A stretch of DNA of 64,000 nt from Rhizobiaceae bacterium (GTDB taxonomy: Bacteria > Pseudomonadota > Alphaproteobacteria > Rhizobiales > Rhizobiaceae), in NCBI GenBank assembly GCA_035503715.1, contig DATJTE010000117.1, forward strand, positions 4,832 through 68,831, read 5' to 3'. Below the pieces are notes generated by a model, which worked only from the letters and a program-made list of their open reading frames with translations, was not told the origin of the DNA and made no database searches. This document shows, one piece after another, positions 55,138 to 64,000 of this stretch. Position 1 is the stretch's first letter; each line of letters begins with the position of its first letter. Position numbers and translations under genes: made by a program.

Positions 55138-56151
55138 ATGACCGAGTTTGCGTCTCTCGATGATCTGCGCCGCGCCTGCAGCGACCTGCCTTCCCCCGAC
55201 ACCGCATCCGCCCAAGCTGCCACGGCGCGCCAGAACATGCTGACCAAACCACAAGGCAGTCTCGGACGCCTCGAGGACATCGCGATCTGGCTGGCGGGCT
55301 GGCAGAAGAAACCGATTCCGGTGCTGGATGCCGTTCGTGTCATTGTCTTTGCCGGCTCGCACGGGGCTACTGCGCGCGGCATTTCGGCATTCCCGGCCGA
55401 AGTGACGGGTCAGATGGTGGCGAATTTCGCAGCCGGCGGCGCGGCAATCAACCAGCTCGCGAAATCGGTCGGCGCCACCCTTTCCGTAGTGCCGCTGGAG
55501 ATCGAGCGACCGACGCGCGATTTCACCAGCGGACCGGCAATGGATGATGGCGAATTCCTGGCGGCTGTCTCGACCGGCTACGATGCCGTGCAGGCTGACA
55601 CAGATCTGCTCTGCCTCGGAGAAATGGGTATCGGCAACACCACCGCTGCGGCGGCGGTGGCTGCAGGGCTTTTCGGCGGTACGGGCGCGGAATGGGTAGG
55701 CCGTGGCACGGGCGTGGATGATGCTGGTCTGAACCGCAAAGCGGCCGTTGTAGACGAGGCCCTCGCACTCCATGCTAAGCGCCTTAGTGACCCTCTTGTT
55801 GTATTTGCGGCGCTCGGCGGACGTGAACTTGCCGCCATGTTCGGTGCCACGCTTGCCGCTCGCAAACACTCCATCCCTGTCCTGATCGATGGCTTCGTCT
55901 GCACCGCGGCCGTCGCTCCGCTGGCCAAGCTTTCGAAGGATGGCCTAGCGCACGCTTTGGCTGCCCATGCTTCGGCGGAGGCCGCGCACCGGCGATTGCT
56001 GGAAAAGCTGGCGCTCAAGCCCTTACTCGATCTCAACATGCGTCTTGGTGAGGCATCCGGCGCCTGCCTCGCGGTCAACATCCTGCGCTCCGCTCTGGCT
56101 TGCCATTCCGGCATGGCGACCTTCGCGGAAGCCGCTGTTTCGAACCATTGA
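55138..56151 (+). CDS. cobT: Nicotinate-nucleotide--dimethylbenzimidazole phosphoribosyltransferase
   Basis: KPQGSLGRLEDIA, FAGSHG, GEMGIGNTTAAAA, NMRLGEASGA. Confidence 0.9.
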   Translation: MTEFASLDDLRRACSDLPSPDTASAQAATARQNMLTKPQGSLGRLEDIAIWLAGWQKKPIPVLDAVRVIVFAGSHGATARGISAFPAEVTGQMVANFAAGGAAINQLAKSVGATLSVVPLEIERPTRDFTSGPAMDDGEFLAAVSTGYDAVQADTDLLCLGEMGIGNTTAAAAVAAGLFGGTGAEWVGRGTGVDDAGLNRKAAVVDEALALHAKRLSDPLVVFAALGGRELAAMFGATLAARKHSIPVLIDGFVCTAAVAPLAKLSKDGLAHALAAHASAEAAHRRLLEKLALKPLLDLNMRLGEASGACLAVNILRSALACHSGMATFAEAAVSNH

Positions 56152-56213
56152 GGCCTGTGGACGCGGCACTCGGCGCGGTATCGCTCCGACCGCCCGTTCG
56201 GTAGCATCCACCC

Positions 56214-57035
56214 ATGCGCCCCTCGAAAGACATTTCTCGCCTCATCGAGATCATGGCCGCGTTGCGCACGCCGGTGACCGGCTGCCCATGGGACCTGGAA
56301 CAGAACTTTTCGACCATCGCGCCCTACACGCTCGAAGAAGCCTACGAGGTTGCCGATGCGATCTCGCGCAACGATCTGGCGGACCTGAAAGACGAACTCG
56401 GCGACCTGTTGCTCCAGGTCGTGTTCCATGCGCGCATGGCCGAGGAACAGGGCGCATTCGCTTTTGGCGACGTCGTCGAGGCGATCACCAAAAAGATGAT
56501 CCGCCGGCACCCGCACGTCTTCGGTGATGCCGATGCGCGCGCGGCAGGCAGCGCCAAGGGCATGTGGGACAGGATCAAAGCCGAGGAGAAGACTGAGAAG
56601 CGCCAGGAGCGGTTAGCGCGCGGCCTCGAGCCCGAAGATCACGGCAAAGGCTTTCTTGACGGCGTGCCGGTCAGCCATCCGGCCCTGACCAGAGCGCTGA
56701 AATTGCAGGAGAAAGCCGCTAAAGTGGGCTTCGACTGGAAGGAAGCAAAGCCGATCCTCGACAAGATCGAGGAGGAGATCGGTGAACTCCGAGCGGCAAT
56801 GGAAAACGACGACCTGGCCGAGATGCAAGACGAATTCGGCGACGTATTGTTCGCGCTCGTGAATTTTGGCCGGCATTTGAAGATCGACGCCGAGACTGCG
56901 CTGCGCGGCACCAATGAAAAGTTCAGGTCGCGCTTTCACCAGGTCGAGCAGGCGCTGGTTGAGCGTGGCGACAGTCTCGAAGGGGCGTCACTGGAGGAGA
57001 TGGAAGAACTCTGGCAGGCCGCCAAGCGGAAGTGA
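56214..57035 (+). CDS. mazG: Nucleoside triphosphate pyrophosphohydrolase MazG
   Basis: CPWDLEQNFSTIAPYTLEEAYEVADAI, ELGDLLLQVVFHA, second EEIGEL...EFGDVLFALVN repeat. Confidence 0.9.
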   Translation: MRPSKDISRLIEIMAALRTPVTGCPWDLEQNFSTIAPYTLEEAYEVADAISRNDLADLKDELGDLLLQVVFHARMAEEQGAFAFGDVVEAITKKMIRRHPHVFGDADARAAGSAKGMWDRIKAEEKTEKRQERLARGLEPEDHGKGFLDGVPVSHPALTRALKLQEKAAKVGFDWKEAKPILDKIEEEIGELRAAMENDDLAEMQDEFGDVLFALVNFGRHLKIDAETALRGTNEKFRSRFHQVEQALVERGDSLEGASLEEMEELWQAAKRK

Positions 57036-58424
57036 TCAGCCGCGCCGTGCGAGCCGATCCTCGATTTCGCGCCTCTTCGCAGCCGGCGCGCGAATTTTCA
57101 GCTCGACCTTGCCGTCATCGAAATCCTCGCGGCTGACGATCTCGCCATTCCGGTAGAGCCAATCGATGTGGTGGAGCTGATCAACACCCAGCACAACGTC
57201 GACGTCCTTCAGCTCGCCGCCGACGCGCTGCTCGATGAGAGCGGTCAGCGCGTCGAGTCCCTCGCCCGTGATCGCGGAAATCGCGATCGGCGGCCCTTTG
57301 CCGTCGCGCTCACTCTCGGCCAGAAGCCGCTCGCGGTTTCCCCCATCCAGCAGATCGATCTTGTTCCAGACCTCGATCACGCGGTCAGCATCGGATGCAT
57401 TCACCCCAAGCTCGCCGAGAATGCGCTCGACATCCTCGGCTTGAGCGGCAGTATCCGGATCGGAAATGTCGCGCAGATGGATGATCAGCTCAGCTTCGAC
57501 GACCTCTTCCAGCGTGGCGCGGAACGCCGCGACGAGATGTGTCGGCAGGTCGGAGATGAAGCCGACCGTGTCGGACAGGATGATGACGGTTCCATGCAGC
57601 AACCGCACGCGCCTCAGCGTCGGATCGAGGGTCGCGAACAGCATATCCTCGGCGAGCACGCCGGCGCTCGTCAATCGGTTGAAGAGCGTCGACTTGCCGG
57701 CATTCGTGTAGCCGACGATCGCAACGATCGAAAACGGTACTTTCTTGCGTTTGGCGCGATGGAGATCGCGGGTGCGGCGCACCGTCTCAAGCTCCCGCTT
57801 CAGCTTCAGGATCTTGTCCTGCAGCATGCGCCGGTCGGCCTCGATCTGGGTTTCGCCGGGACCGCCCAGGAAGCCTGCACCGCCGCGCTGGCGCTCCAGG
57901 TGGGTCCAGCTGCGAACCAGCCGGCCTTTCTGGTAGTTGAGGTGCGCGAGGTCGACCTGCAACACGCCTTCCTTGGTGTGGGCGCGGCGACCGAAAATCT
58001 CCAGGATGATGCCGGTGCGGTCGAGCACCTTCGCCTTGAACTGGGTTTCAAGGTTGCGCTGCTGGACCGGCGTCAGCGGGTGGTCGACGAAGACCAGATC
58101 AGCGCCGGTTTCCTGAACGATTTCAGCAAGTTCATTGACCTTTCCGGTGCCGAGCAGCGTCGCCGGCTTGGGCTCGGCGACAGTGACGACCGCTGCGTGC
58201 ACCGGTTCGAGGTCGATCGCTGACGCCAAGCCCACAGCCTCTTCGCGCCGCGCCTCCGGCGAGCGCGCGAGGCGGGTGCGGCCCCGCGGGCTGTCTTCAT
58301 CCTGGCGAGCAGGGCGCGCCAAAACGGGCACCACCACCACGACCTTTCCGGTCGAGTGGCTGGCGTCCTCGTTCGAAGCCGATTTTCTGCGCCGGGTCTT
58401 TGTCCCGGCTTTTTCGTCGTTCAA
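57036..58424 (-). CDS. hflX: GTPase HflX (start uncertain; TTG directly after the hfq stop)
   Basis: IVGYTNAGKSTLFN (G1), SDTVGF (G3), NKID (G4). Its stop abuts the mazG stop (convergent). Confidence 0.9.
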   Translation of the reverse strand: MNDEKAGTKTRRRKSASNEDASHSTGKVVVVVPVLARPARQDEDSPRGRTRLARSPEARREEAVGLASAIDLEPVHAAVVTVAEPKPATLLGTGKVNELAEIVQETGADLVFVDHPLTPVQQRNLETQFKAKVLDRTGIILEIFGRRAHTKEGVLQVDLAHLNYQKGRLVRSWTHLERQRGGAGFLGGPGETQIEADRRMLQDKILKLKRELETVRRTRDLHRAKRKKVPFSIVAIVGYTNAGKSTLFNRLTSAGVLAEDMLFATLDPTLRRVRLLHGTVIILSDTVGFISDLPTHLVAAFRATLEEVVEAELIIHLRDISDPDTAAQAEDVERILGELGVNASDADRVIEVWNKIDLLDGGNRERLLAESERDGKGPPIAISAITGEGLDALTALIEQRVGGELKDVDVVLGVDQLHHIDWLYRNGEIVSREDFDDGKVELKIRAPAAKRREIEDRLARRG

Positions 58425-58673
58425 CTAGGCTTCCCGGCCGTTTTCCTCACCATCGAACATCTGAACCGGTTGGCTCGGCATGATGGTGGAAATGGCGTGC
58501 TTGTAGACGAGCTGCGAATGCCCGTCGCGACGGAGCAGCACGCAGAAATTGTCGAAAGACGTGACTACTCCCGTCAGCTTGACGCCGTTAATAAGGAAGA
58601 TTGTCAGTGGATTTTTGCTTTTCCGAACTGAATTTAGGAACAGGTCCTGAAGATTCTGCGATTTTTCCGCCAT
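58425..58673 (-). CDS. hfq: RNA chaperone Hfq
   Basis: [66 protein letters not shown]. Confidence 0.95.
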   Translation of the reverse strand: MAEKSQNLQDLFLNSVRKSKNPLTIFLINGVKLTGVVTSFDNFCVLLRRDGHSQLVYKHAISTIMPSQPVQMFDGEENGREA

Positions 58674-58814
58674 TTTCTTTTTCTTTCGCCGCCCCAACCC
58701 TTGGCGGTTAGTAGCGCCCAATTAATCGGTTCATGTCAAGCGCATGCCAACGGCGCGTGTCAGGTTCGACAAGCATTGCGCGTATTGTTTAATCCCCTAC
58801 ATCTCCAGCGGTTA

Positions 58815-59675
58815 TCAAACCGGCGTTTTTTCCGCAACGTCAAAAAATGACTCTCTGAGCAAAAGCGCAATACCACCGGGATGTCCGTTGGCGACCGGCT
58901 GCCCGTCGATCTCCACCACAGGCATAACCACTGTCGTTGCCGCGGTTATGAAGGATTCGCGCGCGTTTTTGGCCTCTTCGACGCTAAAACTGCGCTCCTC
59001 GATGGTCAGGCCCTGCTTTTTTGCCAAATCAAAGATCGTCGTGCGGGTAACGCCTCGCAAAATCCCGAAATCGGCCGGCCGGGTGACCAGCTTTCCGTCC
59101 TTCGTGACGATCCAGGCATTGGTAGACGAGCCCTCCTTCACCGTGCCGTCCGAATCGATGAACCAGGCCTCGTAAGCGCCGGCTTCCCTCGCCTGTTGCT
59201 TTGCAAGGACGTTGGGCAGCAGACCCGTGCTCTTGATGTCAACGCGCTCCCAGCGGTTTTCCGGCATGGTGATCACCTTCACACCGGTTTCCGCACGCTT
59301 GGCAGCCGCCGCTGGATCGGAGCGCTTCGCGGTGATGACGATCGCTGACTGAGCCGAGGCCGGAAAGGCGTGGTCACGGGGCGCCACGCCACGGGTAACC
59401 TGAAGATAGACGAGACCGTCCCTGACGCCGTTTCGGCGCACGACCTCGCGCATGGCGATCTGCAGCGTGTTGCGACTCATGGGCCATGCCATCCGGAGTT
59501 CCGACAGCGAGCGGTTCAGCCGGTCGAGATGGCGCGTCATGTCCATGATGTTGCCGCGCGACACCTCGCAGACCTCGTAGACGCCATCTGCGAACTGATA
59601 TCCACGATCCTCGATGTGAACCGCGGCGTCGCGGTGAGGCACGTAGCGGCCGTTGACATAGGCGATGCGGGGCAT
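58815..59675 (-). CDS. D-amino-acid / branched-chain aminotransferase (fold type IV)
   Basis: IEDRGYQFADGVYE, LRGVTR, EAFITAATTVVMPV-type class IV motifs. Confidence 0.8.
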   Translation of the reverse strand: MPRIAYVNGRYVPHRDAAVHIEDRGYQFADGVYEVCEVSRGNIMDMTRHLDRLNRSLSELRMAWPMSRNTLQIAMREVVRRNGVRDGLVYLQVTRGVAPRDHAFPASAQSAIVITAKRSDPAAAAKRAETGVKVITMPENRWERVDIKSTGLLPNVLAKQQAREAGAYEAWFIDSDGTVKEGSSTNAWIVTKDGKLVTRPADFGILRGVTRTTIFDLAKKQGLTIEERSFSVEEAKNARESFITAATTVVMPVVEIDGQPVANGHPGGIALLLRESFFDVAEKTPV

Positions 59676-59692
59676 GCGGGCTCCTGGAGGAC

Positions 59693-61069
59693 TCAGAAGA
59701 ATTCGAGGCTGACGCGGAACATCTGCTCGACCTGTTTGACCGCCGATGCAAGCGCGAAGATCACGACACGGTCTTTCGCCTTGATCTTTAGCGAGCCGCT
59801 CGGCTTCAGCACGGCGCCGTCGCGATAGACCGCCCCGATGCGCATGCCGTCCGGCAGATCGACATCGCGCAGCGCCGAGCCAACCAGCGGCGACGTTTCC
59901 AGCGCCTCCGCCTCGATCACCTCGGCCAGCCCTTTGTGCACGCTGTGGACGGCGCGGATGCGGCCGCGCCTGACATGCTGCAGAACCCGTGAAATTGTAA
60001 CTGAGCGCGGGTTTACATAGGCATCTATGCCGAGCGTGCCGGCAATGTCGTGGAAGGCCGGATTGTTGATCAGCGCCAGATTGCCCTTGCAGCCGAGCCG
60101 CTTCGCCATCACGCTCGACAGGATATTGACCTGATCATTGTTGGTCAGCGCCACCATCAGATCGGCATCCTGGATGTCAGCTTCCTGCAGTAGCTTCTGG
60201 TCGAGCGCGCTGCCATTGAGCACGATCGTCTTACGCAGCTCGTCGGCAACCGCCACGGCGCGCTCGCGCGTGCTCTCGATCATCTTCACCCGGTGGCGGC
60301 TCTGCCGCTGCTCAAGCGTTCGCGCGACATGCAGGCCGATATTGCCGCCGCCGGCGATGACGATCCGGTTCGCCTCCTGCTCCTCATGACCGAACAGGCC
60401 GAGCGTACGCCGCACCTGCTCCTTGGTCGTCAGCACATAGGCGAGGTCGCCGGCGAAAAGCTGGTCGGCCGAATGCGGAATGAACAGTTTTCCGTTGCGC
60501 GCAACACCGACCACCGTCGACGGCAGGTCGGGAAAAAGCTCGCTGAGCTGCGACAGCGGCGTGTTGATCACCGGACAGTCTTCCAGGCAATCGATCGCCA
60601 CCATGATGATCTTGCCGTCGGCGAAGCGCACCACGTCGGTCGCGCCAGGGATGGCGATGCGGCGAAGCACCATCTCCGCGACCTCGAGCTCCGGTGAGAT
60701 GGTGACGTCGATCGGCATGTTGGCGCGCGAAAACAGGTCCTGATACTCCGGGCGGAGGTAGGACTGTGCGCGGATGCGGGCGATCTTGGTTGGCACATTG
60801 AAGAGAGCGTGCGCAACCTCGCATGCAACGATGTTCACCTCGTCATAGAGCGTCACCGCGATGATCATGTCCGCCTGCTGCGCGCCGGCGGCTTCCAGCA
60901 CATCCGGATGCGCGCCGTGACCGACAAAGCCATGCACGTCGAGCGCGTCGCGGACCGATCTGATCAACTCCGGCGACGTGTCGATGACGGAAACGTCGTT
61001 CTGCTCGGCGGCGAGACGCTCGGCAATGCCGTAGCCGACCTGGCCGGCCCCGCAAATGATGACCTTCAT
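59693..61069 (-). CDS. trkA: Trk system potassium uptake protein TrkA
   Basis: MKVIICGAGQVGYGIAERL and a second Rossmann IVIAGGGNIGLHVA (two RCK-N/C units). Confidence 0.9.
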   Translation of the reverse strand: MKVIICGAGQVGYGIAERLAAEQNDVSVIDTSPELIRSVRDALDVHGFVGHGAHPDVLEAAGAQQADMIIAVTLYDEVNIVACEVAHALFNVPTKIARIRAQSYLRPEYQDLFSRANMPIDVTISPELEVAEMVLRRIAIPGATDVVRFADGKIIMVAIDCLEDCPVINTPLSQLSELFPDLPSTVVGVARNGKLFIPHSADQLFAGDLAYVLTTKEQVRRTLGLFGHEEQEANRIVIAGGGNIGLHVARTLEQRQSRHRVKMIESTRERAVAVADELRKTIVLNGSALDQKLLQEADIQDADLMVALTNNDQVNILSSVMAKRLGCKGNLALINNPAFHDIAGTLGIDAYVNPRSVTISRVLQHVRRGRIRAVHSVHKGLAEVIEAEALETSPLVGSALRDVDLPDGMRIGAVYRDGAVLKPSGSLKIKAKDRVVIFALASAVKQVEQMFRVSLEFF

Positions 61070-61075
61070 TGGCCG

Positions 61076-62437
61076 TTACACCCCGAGCGATTTCAGCTTT
61101 CTGTGAAGCGCGGAGCGTTCCATACCAATGAATTCGGCCGTGCGCGAGATGTTGCCGCCGAAGCGGTTGATCTGCGCAATGAGATATTCCTTCTCAAACA
61201 ACTCGCGCGCTTCACGCAGCGGCAGCGCCATGATGTGCTGATCCGACTGGTTCGGCGCGCGTGGCATCACGTCGCCGATCTCCGACGGCAGCAGGTCGGC
61301 GGTGATCGGCGAATCGAGATCGTCGCCGCGGGCAAGGATCATCAGTCGTTCGATGTTGTTGCGAAGCTGGCGAAGATTCCCTGGCCAGTTATGCGCCTGC
61401 AGTACGGCCAGCGCATCGTCTCCGATCCGCCGAATCTTGATGCCGGCCTGCTTCGCGATCTGGCGCATGAAGTGATCGACCAGATACGGAATGTCCTCGC
61501 GGCGCTCGGAGAGTCCCGGGACCATCACCGGAACCACGGCCAGGCGATGATAGAGATCCTCGCGGAACGCGCCTTCGGCGATCATCGCTTCGAGATTCTG
61601 CGCGGTGGAGGAGATGATGCGCACATCGACCTTGACGCGTTTGGTGCCGCCGACACGCTCGAATTGCTGGTCGACCAGCACGCGCAGGATCTTTCCCTGC
61701 GTCTCGCGCGGCATGTCGGCCACCTCGTCGAGGTACAGGATGCCGCCATGCGCCTCCTCCAACGCGCCGACCTTGCGTTCGCTCCCGTTGGATTCCGTTC
61801 CAAACAGCTCGATCTCCATGCGTTCGGGCGTGATCGTCGCTGCATTCAGGCTGACGAACGGGCCGCTTTTGCGGACCGATGCGGCATGGATCGCGCGCGC
61901 CACCATTTCTTTGCCTGAACCTGAGGGGCCGACGATCATCACGCGGCTGTTCGTCGGCGCGACACGATCAATCGTCTGGCGCAATTGGTTCATCGCCGCC
62001 GACATGCCGATCAGGTCGAAGCTCTCGCCGCTGCGCTGCTTCAGGTCGGATACCTCGCGCCGAAGTTTTGACGTTTCCAGCGCCCGCTCCGCGATCAGCA
62101 CCAGGCGGTCCGCCTTGAACGGCTTTTCGATAAAGTCGTAGGCACCACGGCGGATGGCAGACACCGCTGTCTCGATCGTGCCGTGACCGGAGATCATCAC
62201 GATCGGCAAGGTCGGATGAATCTGCTTGATCTCATCGAGCAGCGCCAAGCCATCAAGCTTCGAACCTTGCAGCCAGATGTCGAGGAAGACGAGCCGCGGC
62301 ACCCGATCCGCGATCGCGGCCAGCGCCGTGTCGCTGTCACGCGCAGTACGCGTTTCGTGCCCTTCGTCGCTCAGAATACCCGCAACGAGTTCACGGATGT
62401 CTTCCTCGTCGTCAACGATCAGAATATCAGACGCCAT
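61076..62437 (-). CDS. ntrX: Sigma-54-type response regulator NtrX
   Basis: Receiver ILIVDDEEDIREL...FLDIWL, AAA+ VMIVGPSGSGKE, GAFREDLYHRL, C-terminal Fis-type HTH. Confidence 0.9.
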   Translation of the reverse strand: MASDILIVDDEEDIRELVAGILSDEGHETRTARDSDTALAAIADRVPRLVFLDIWLQGSKLDGLALLDEIKQIHPTLPIVMISGHGTIETAVSAIRRGAYDFIEKPFKADRLVLIAERALETSKLRREVSDLKQRSGESFDLIGMSAAMNQLRQTIDRVAPTNSRVMIVGPSGSGKEMVARAIHAASVRKSGPFVSLNAATITPERMEIELFGTESNGSERKVGALEEAHGGILYLDEVADMPRETQGKILRVLVDQQFERVGGTKRVKVDVRIISSTAQNLEAMIAEGAFREDLYHRLAVVPVMVPGLSERREDIPYLVDHFMRQIAKQAGIKIRRIGDDALAVLQAHNWPGNLRQLRNNIERLMILARGDDLDSPITADLLPSEIGDVMPRAPNQSDQHIMALPLREARELFEKEYLIAQINRFGGNISRTAEFIGMERSALHRKLKSLGV

Positions 62438-64000
62438 CACCGACCTTTTCAGTTTCTCTTTCTTGCACCGAGGCATTTTCGCCCCGCGGCTTCACCTCCG
62501 CCGCCTCGGTGGGCGGCAGGAACATAGAAATCATTGCGCCACGGCCGCCATGGAACTCGGACGGTGCGTCGTGGAGTTCCAACCGGCCACCATGGTCCTC
62601 GATGATCTTCTTCACGATCGCCAGGCCAAGGCCCGTCCCTTTTGCGCGGGTCGTCATATAGGGCTCGAGCAGCCGTTGGCGATTCTCGCGCGGCAGGCCC
62701 TTTCCGTTGTCGATCACATCAACGCGGATATCCTCGCCATCGCGCTTGCACACGATACGGATGACGCCGGGTTCGCCGCTTTCGCGCTCCGCCGCCTCGA
62801 TTGCCTCCGATGCATTCTTGATGACGTTGCCGAAGGCCTGCGCGAGGAGACGGCTGTCGAACGTTCCCTTCAACGGCTCGCTGCCGAAATCGCGTTCGAA
62901 CGCGATATCCGACTTGCTGACCTCGACGAGGAAGGAGGCCTCCCTCAGCGGGTCTCGCACGTCGAGCACCTGCATGTCGGGTTTCGGCATGCGCGCGAAG
63001 GCGGAGAACTCATCCACCATGCGGCCGATATCCTCGACCTGGCGGATGATCGTGTCGGTGCACTGGTCGAACACCTCCCGGTCTTCGGTAATGACTTTGC
63101 CGTAACGCCGGCGAATGCGCTCGGCGGAAAGCTGGATCGGCGTCAGCGGGTTCTTGATCTCATGCGCGATGCGCCGTGCGACATCCGCCCACGCGGTCGA
63201 GCGCTGTGCGACGACGAGGTCGGTGATGTCGTCCACCGTGACGACATAGGAATTCTCGTCCGATTCGTCCTCGCCGGACTCGATGGTGATCTGGACGTTG
63301 AAGGTGCGCTCCGCGCCGCCACGATAGAAGGTGACCTGCTCGCGATAGACCGGCCGGCCGGATTGCTTGCCGATCTCGAAGACGCGGCCGATATGTGGCA
63401 GCACCACGGAGAGGTTTTTGCCAACCGCTGTTGCCTGCGGCAGCGACAGCATCGTTTCGGTGGAACGGTTGACGATCGTGATGATGCCGGAAGGGTCAAC
63501 ACCGATAACGCCTGCCGTGACGCCGGACAGCACGGCTTCCGAAAACCGTCGCCGCTCGTCGATCACATCCTTCGCCGTCAGCAGTTCGTTGCGCTGCGAC
63601 TTCAGCTCCAGGATCATGTTGTTGAACGTGTCGCCGAGTGAGGCGACGTCGCCGTCCGAGCTGCGCACCGGCACCGACACGTCGAGATTGCCGGTCGACA
63701 CCTCGTCCGCCGCGCCGATCAATTGCCGGATCGGTCGCACGAGCCGGTCAGCGACGGCGATGCCGGTCCAGATGGCCGACAGGATGATGATCAGCGTCAG
63801 GCCGAGGTAAAGCAGTGCGAAGGCGATCTGTGTCGTGCGCCGGTTCGCTTCCAGGCCGCGATATTCGTCGGTATTCGCGCGCACGATCTGGCGCGCACGG
63901 ATCACCTCGGGATCGACCAGCCGGATCGTATAGAGGTACACGTCCGGTATCTCACGCAACTGGATGATCGCACCGACGATGTTGCGGCTGCGCGGCTCGA
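62427..64000 (-). CDS. ntrY: Sensor histidine kinase NtrY (partial; 5' end beyond the window)
   Basis: HAMP, PAS, H-box ARRIAHEIKNPLTPIQLSAERI, N-box NVIKNASEA, G-box DNGKGLP...GTGLGLAIV. The reading frame stays open to the window edge. Confidence 0.9.
   Translation of the reverse strand, partial: EPRSRNIVGAIIQLREIPDVYLYTIRLVDPEVIRARQIVRANTDEYRGLEANRRTTQIAFALLYLGLTLIIILSAIWTGIAVADRLVRPIRQLIGAADEVSTGNLDVSVPVRSSDGDVASLGDTFNNMILELKSQRNELLTAKDVIDERRRFSEAVLSGVTAGVIGVDPSGIITIVNRSTETMLSLPQATAVGKNLSVVLPHIGRVFEIGKQSGRPVYREQVTFYRGGAERTFNVQITIESGEDESDENSYVVTVDDITDLVVAQRSTAWADVARRIAHEIKNPLTPIQLSAERIRRRYGKVITEDREVFDQCTDTIIRQVEDIGRMVDEFSAFARMPKPDMQVLDVRDPLREASFLVEVSKSDIAFERDFGSEPLKGTFDSRLLAQAFGNVIKNASEAIEAAERESGEPGVIRIVCKRDGEDIRVDVIDNGKGLPRENRQRLLEPYMTTRAKGTGLGLAIVKKIIEDHGGRLELHDAPSEFHGGRGAMISMFLPPTEAAEVKPRGENASVQERETEKVGDGV

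Noticed and set aside
1-64000. Search for CRISPR arrays, rRNA, IS elements with terminal inverted repeats, reverse transcriptases, and toxin-antitoxin pairs
   Set aside because: No regularly spaced direct repeats, no transposase-like ORFs and no RT motifs were seen on manual reading. The only repeats found are the paralogous genes (TerS-like x4, ferritin-like x2), the two riboswitches and the short GTTTGC cluster.

Overview
High-GC alphaproteobacterial chromosome window. It looks like Hyphomicrobiales/Rhizobiales, judged from gene content and synteny only; no database search was possible. It has two parts.

(1) 1-21.4 kb looks accessory and ends at the 3' end of tRNA-Ser(UGA) (21451-21540, minus). 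It holds:
- a partial resolvase at the window edge and a tRNA-3'-end-like fragment;
- a LysR/cupin pair;
- a decayed phage-like module: four tandem TerS-like HTH paralogues, a Cys-rich mini-protein and an N6/N4 DNA methyltransferase, all translationally coupled, abutting head-to-head a large serine recombinase that has lost its 5' end;
- an MFS transporter, an RTX/serralysin-type metalloprotease, an alpha/beta hydrolase and an nhaA-P450 pair;
- a three-gene cassette of unknown function;
- a stress-type cluster (two Tat ferritin-like proteins, a small basic protein, an FMN reductase, a pyrophosphatase, a PRC-barrel protein) with EcfG-like promoter motifs.

(2) 21.5-64 kb is conserved core:
- rlpA, D-Ala-D-Ala carboxypeptidase, tmk, holB, metG, tatD, MBL hydrolase, ybaK-like;
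- MFS+DUF1127 and a winged-helix/TPR regulator;
- a ~23 kb aerobic-type cobalamin locus: phosphatase-cobD, cbiB, cbtB-cbtA-cobU-cobO-cobQ, two back-to-back B12 riboswitches, DUF1636-cobW-cobN-cobG-cobH-cobI-cobJ, cobK, cobL-cobE-cobM, cbiD, cobA-cobB-cobS-cobT;
- mazG, hflX-hfq, a class IV aminotransferase, trkA, ntrX and partial ntrY.

Best candidates for something undescribed:
- the four-copy TerS-like array in the methyltransferase module (2339-4987);
- the CX5R phosphatase translationally coupled to the B12 gene cobD (33181-33687).

No CRISPR array, rRNA or intact IS element was seen. All family assignments come from motif recognition by eye and need HMM/BLAST confirmation.
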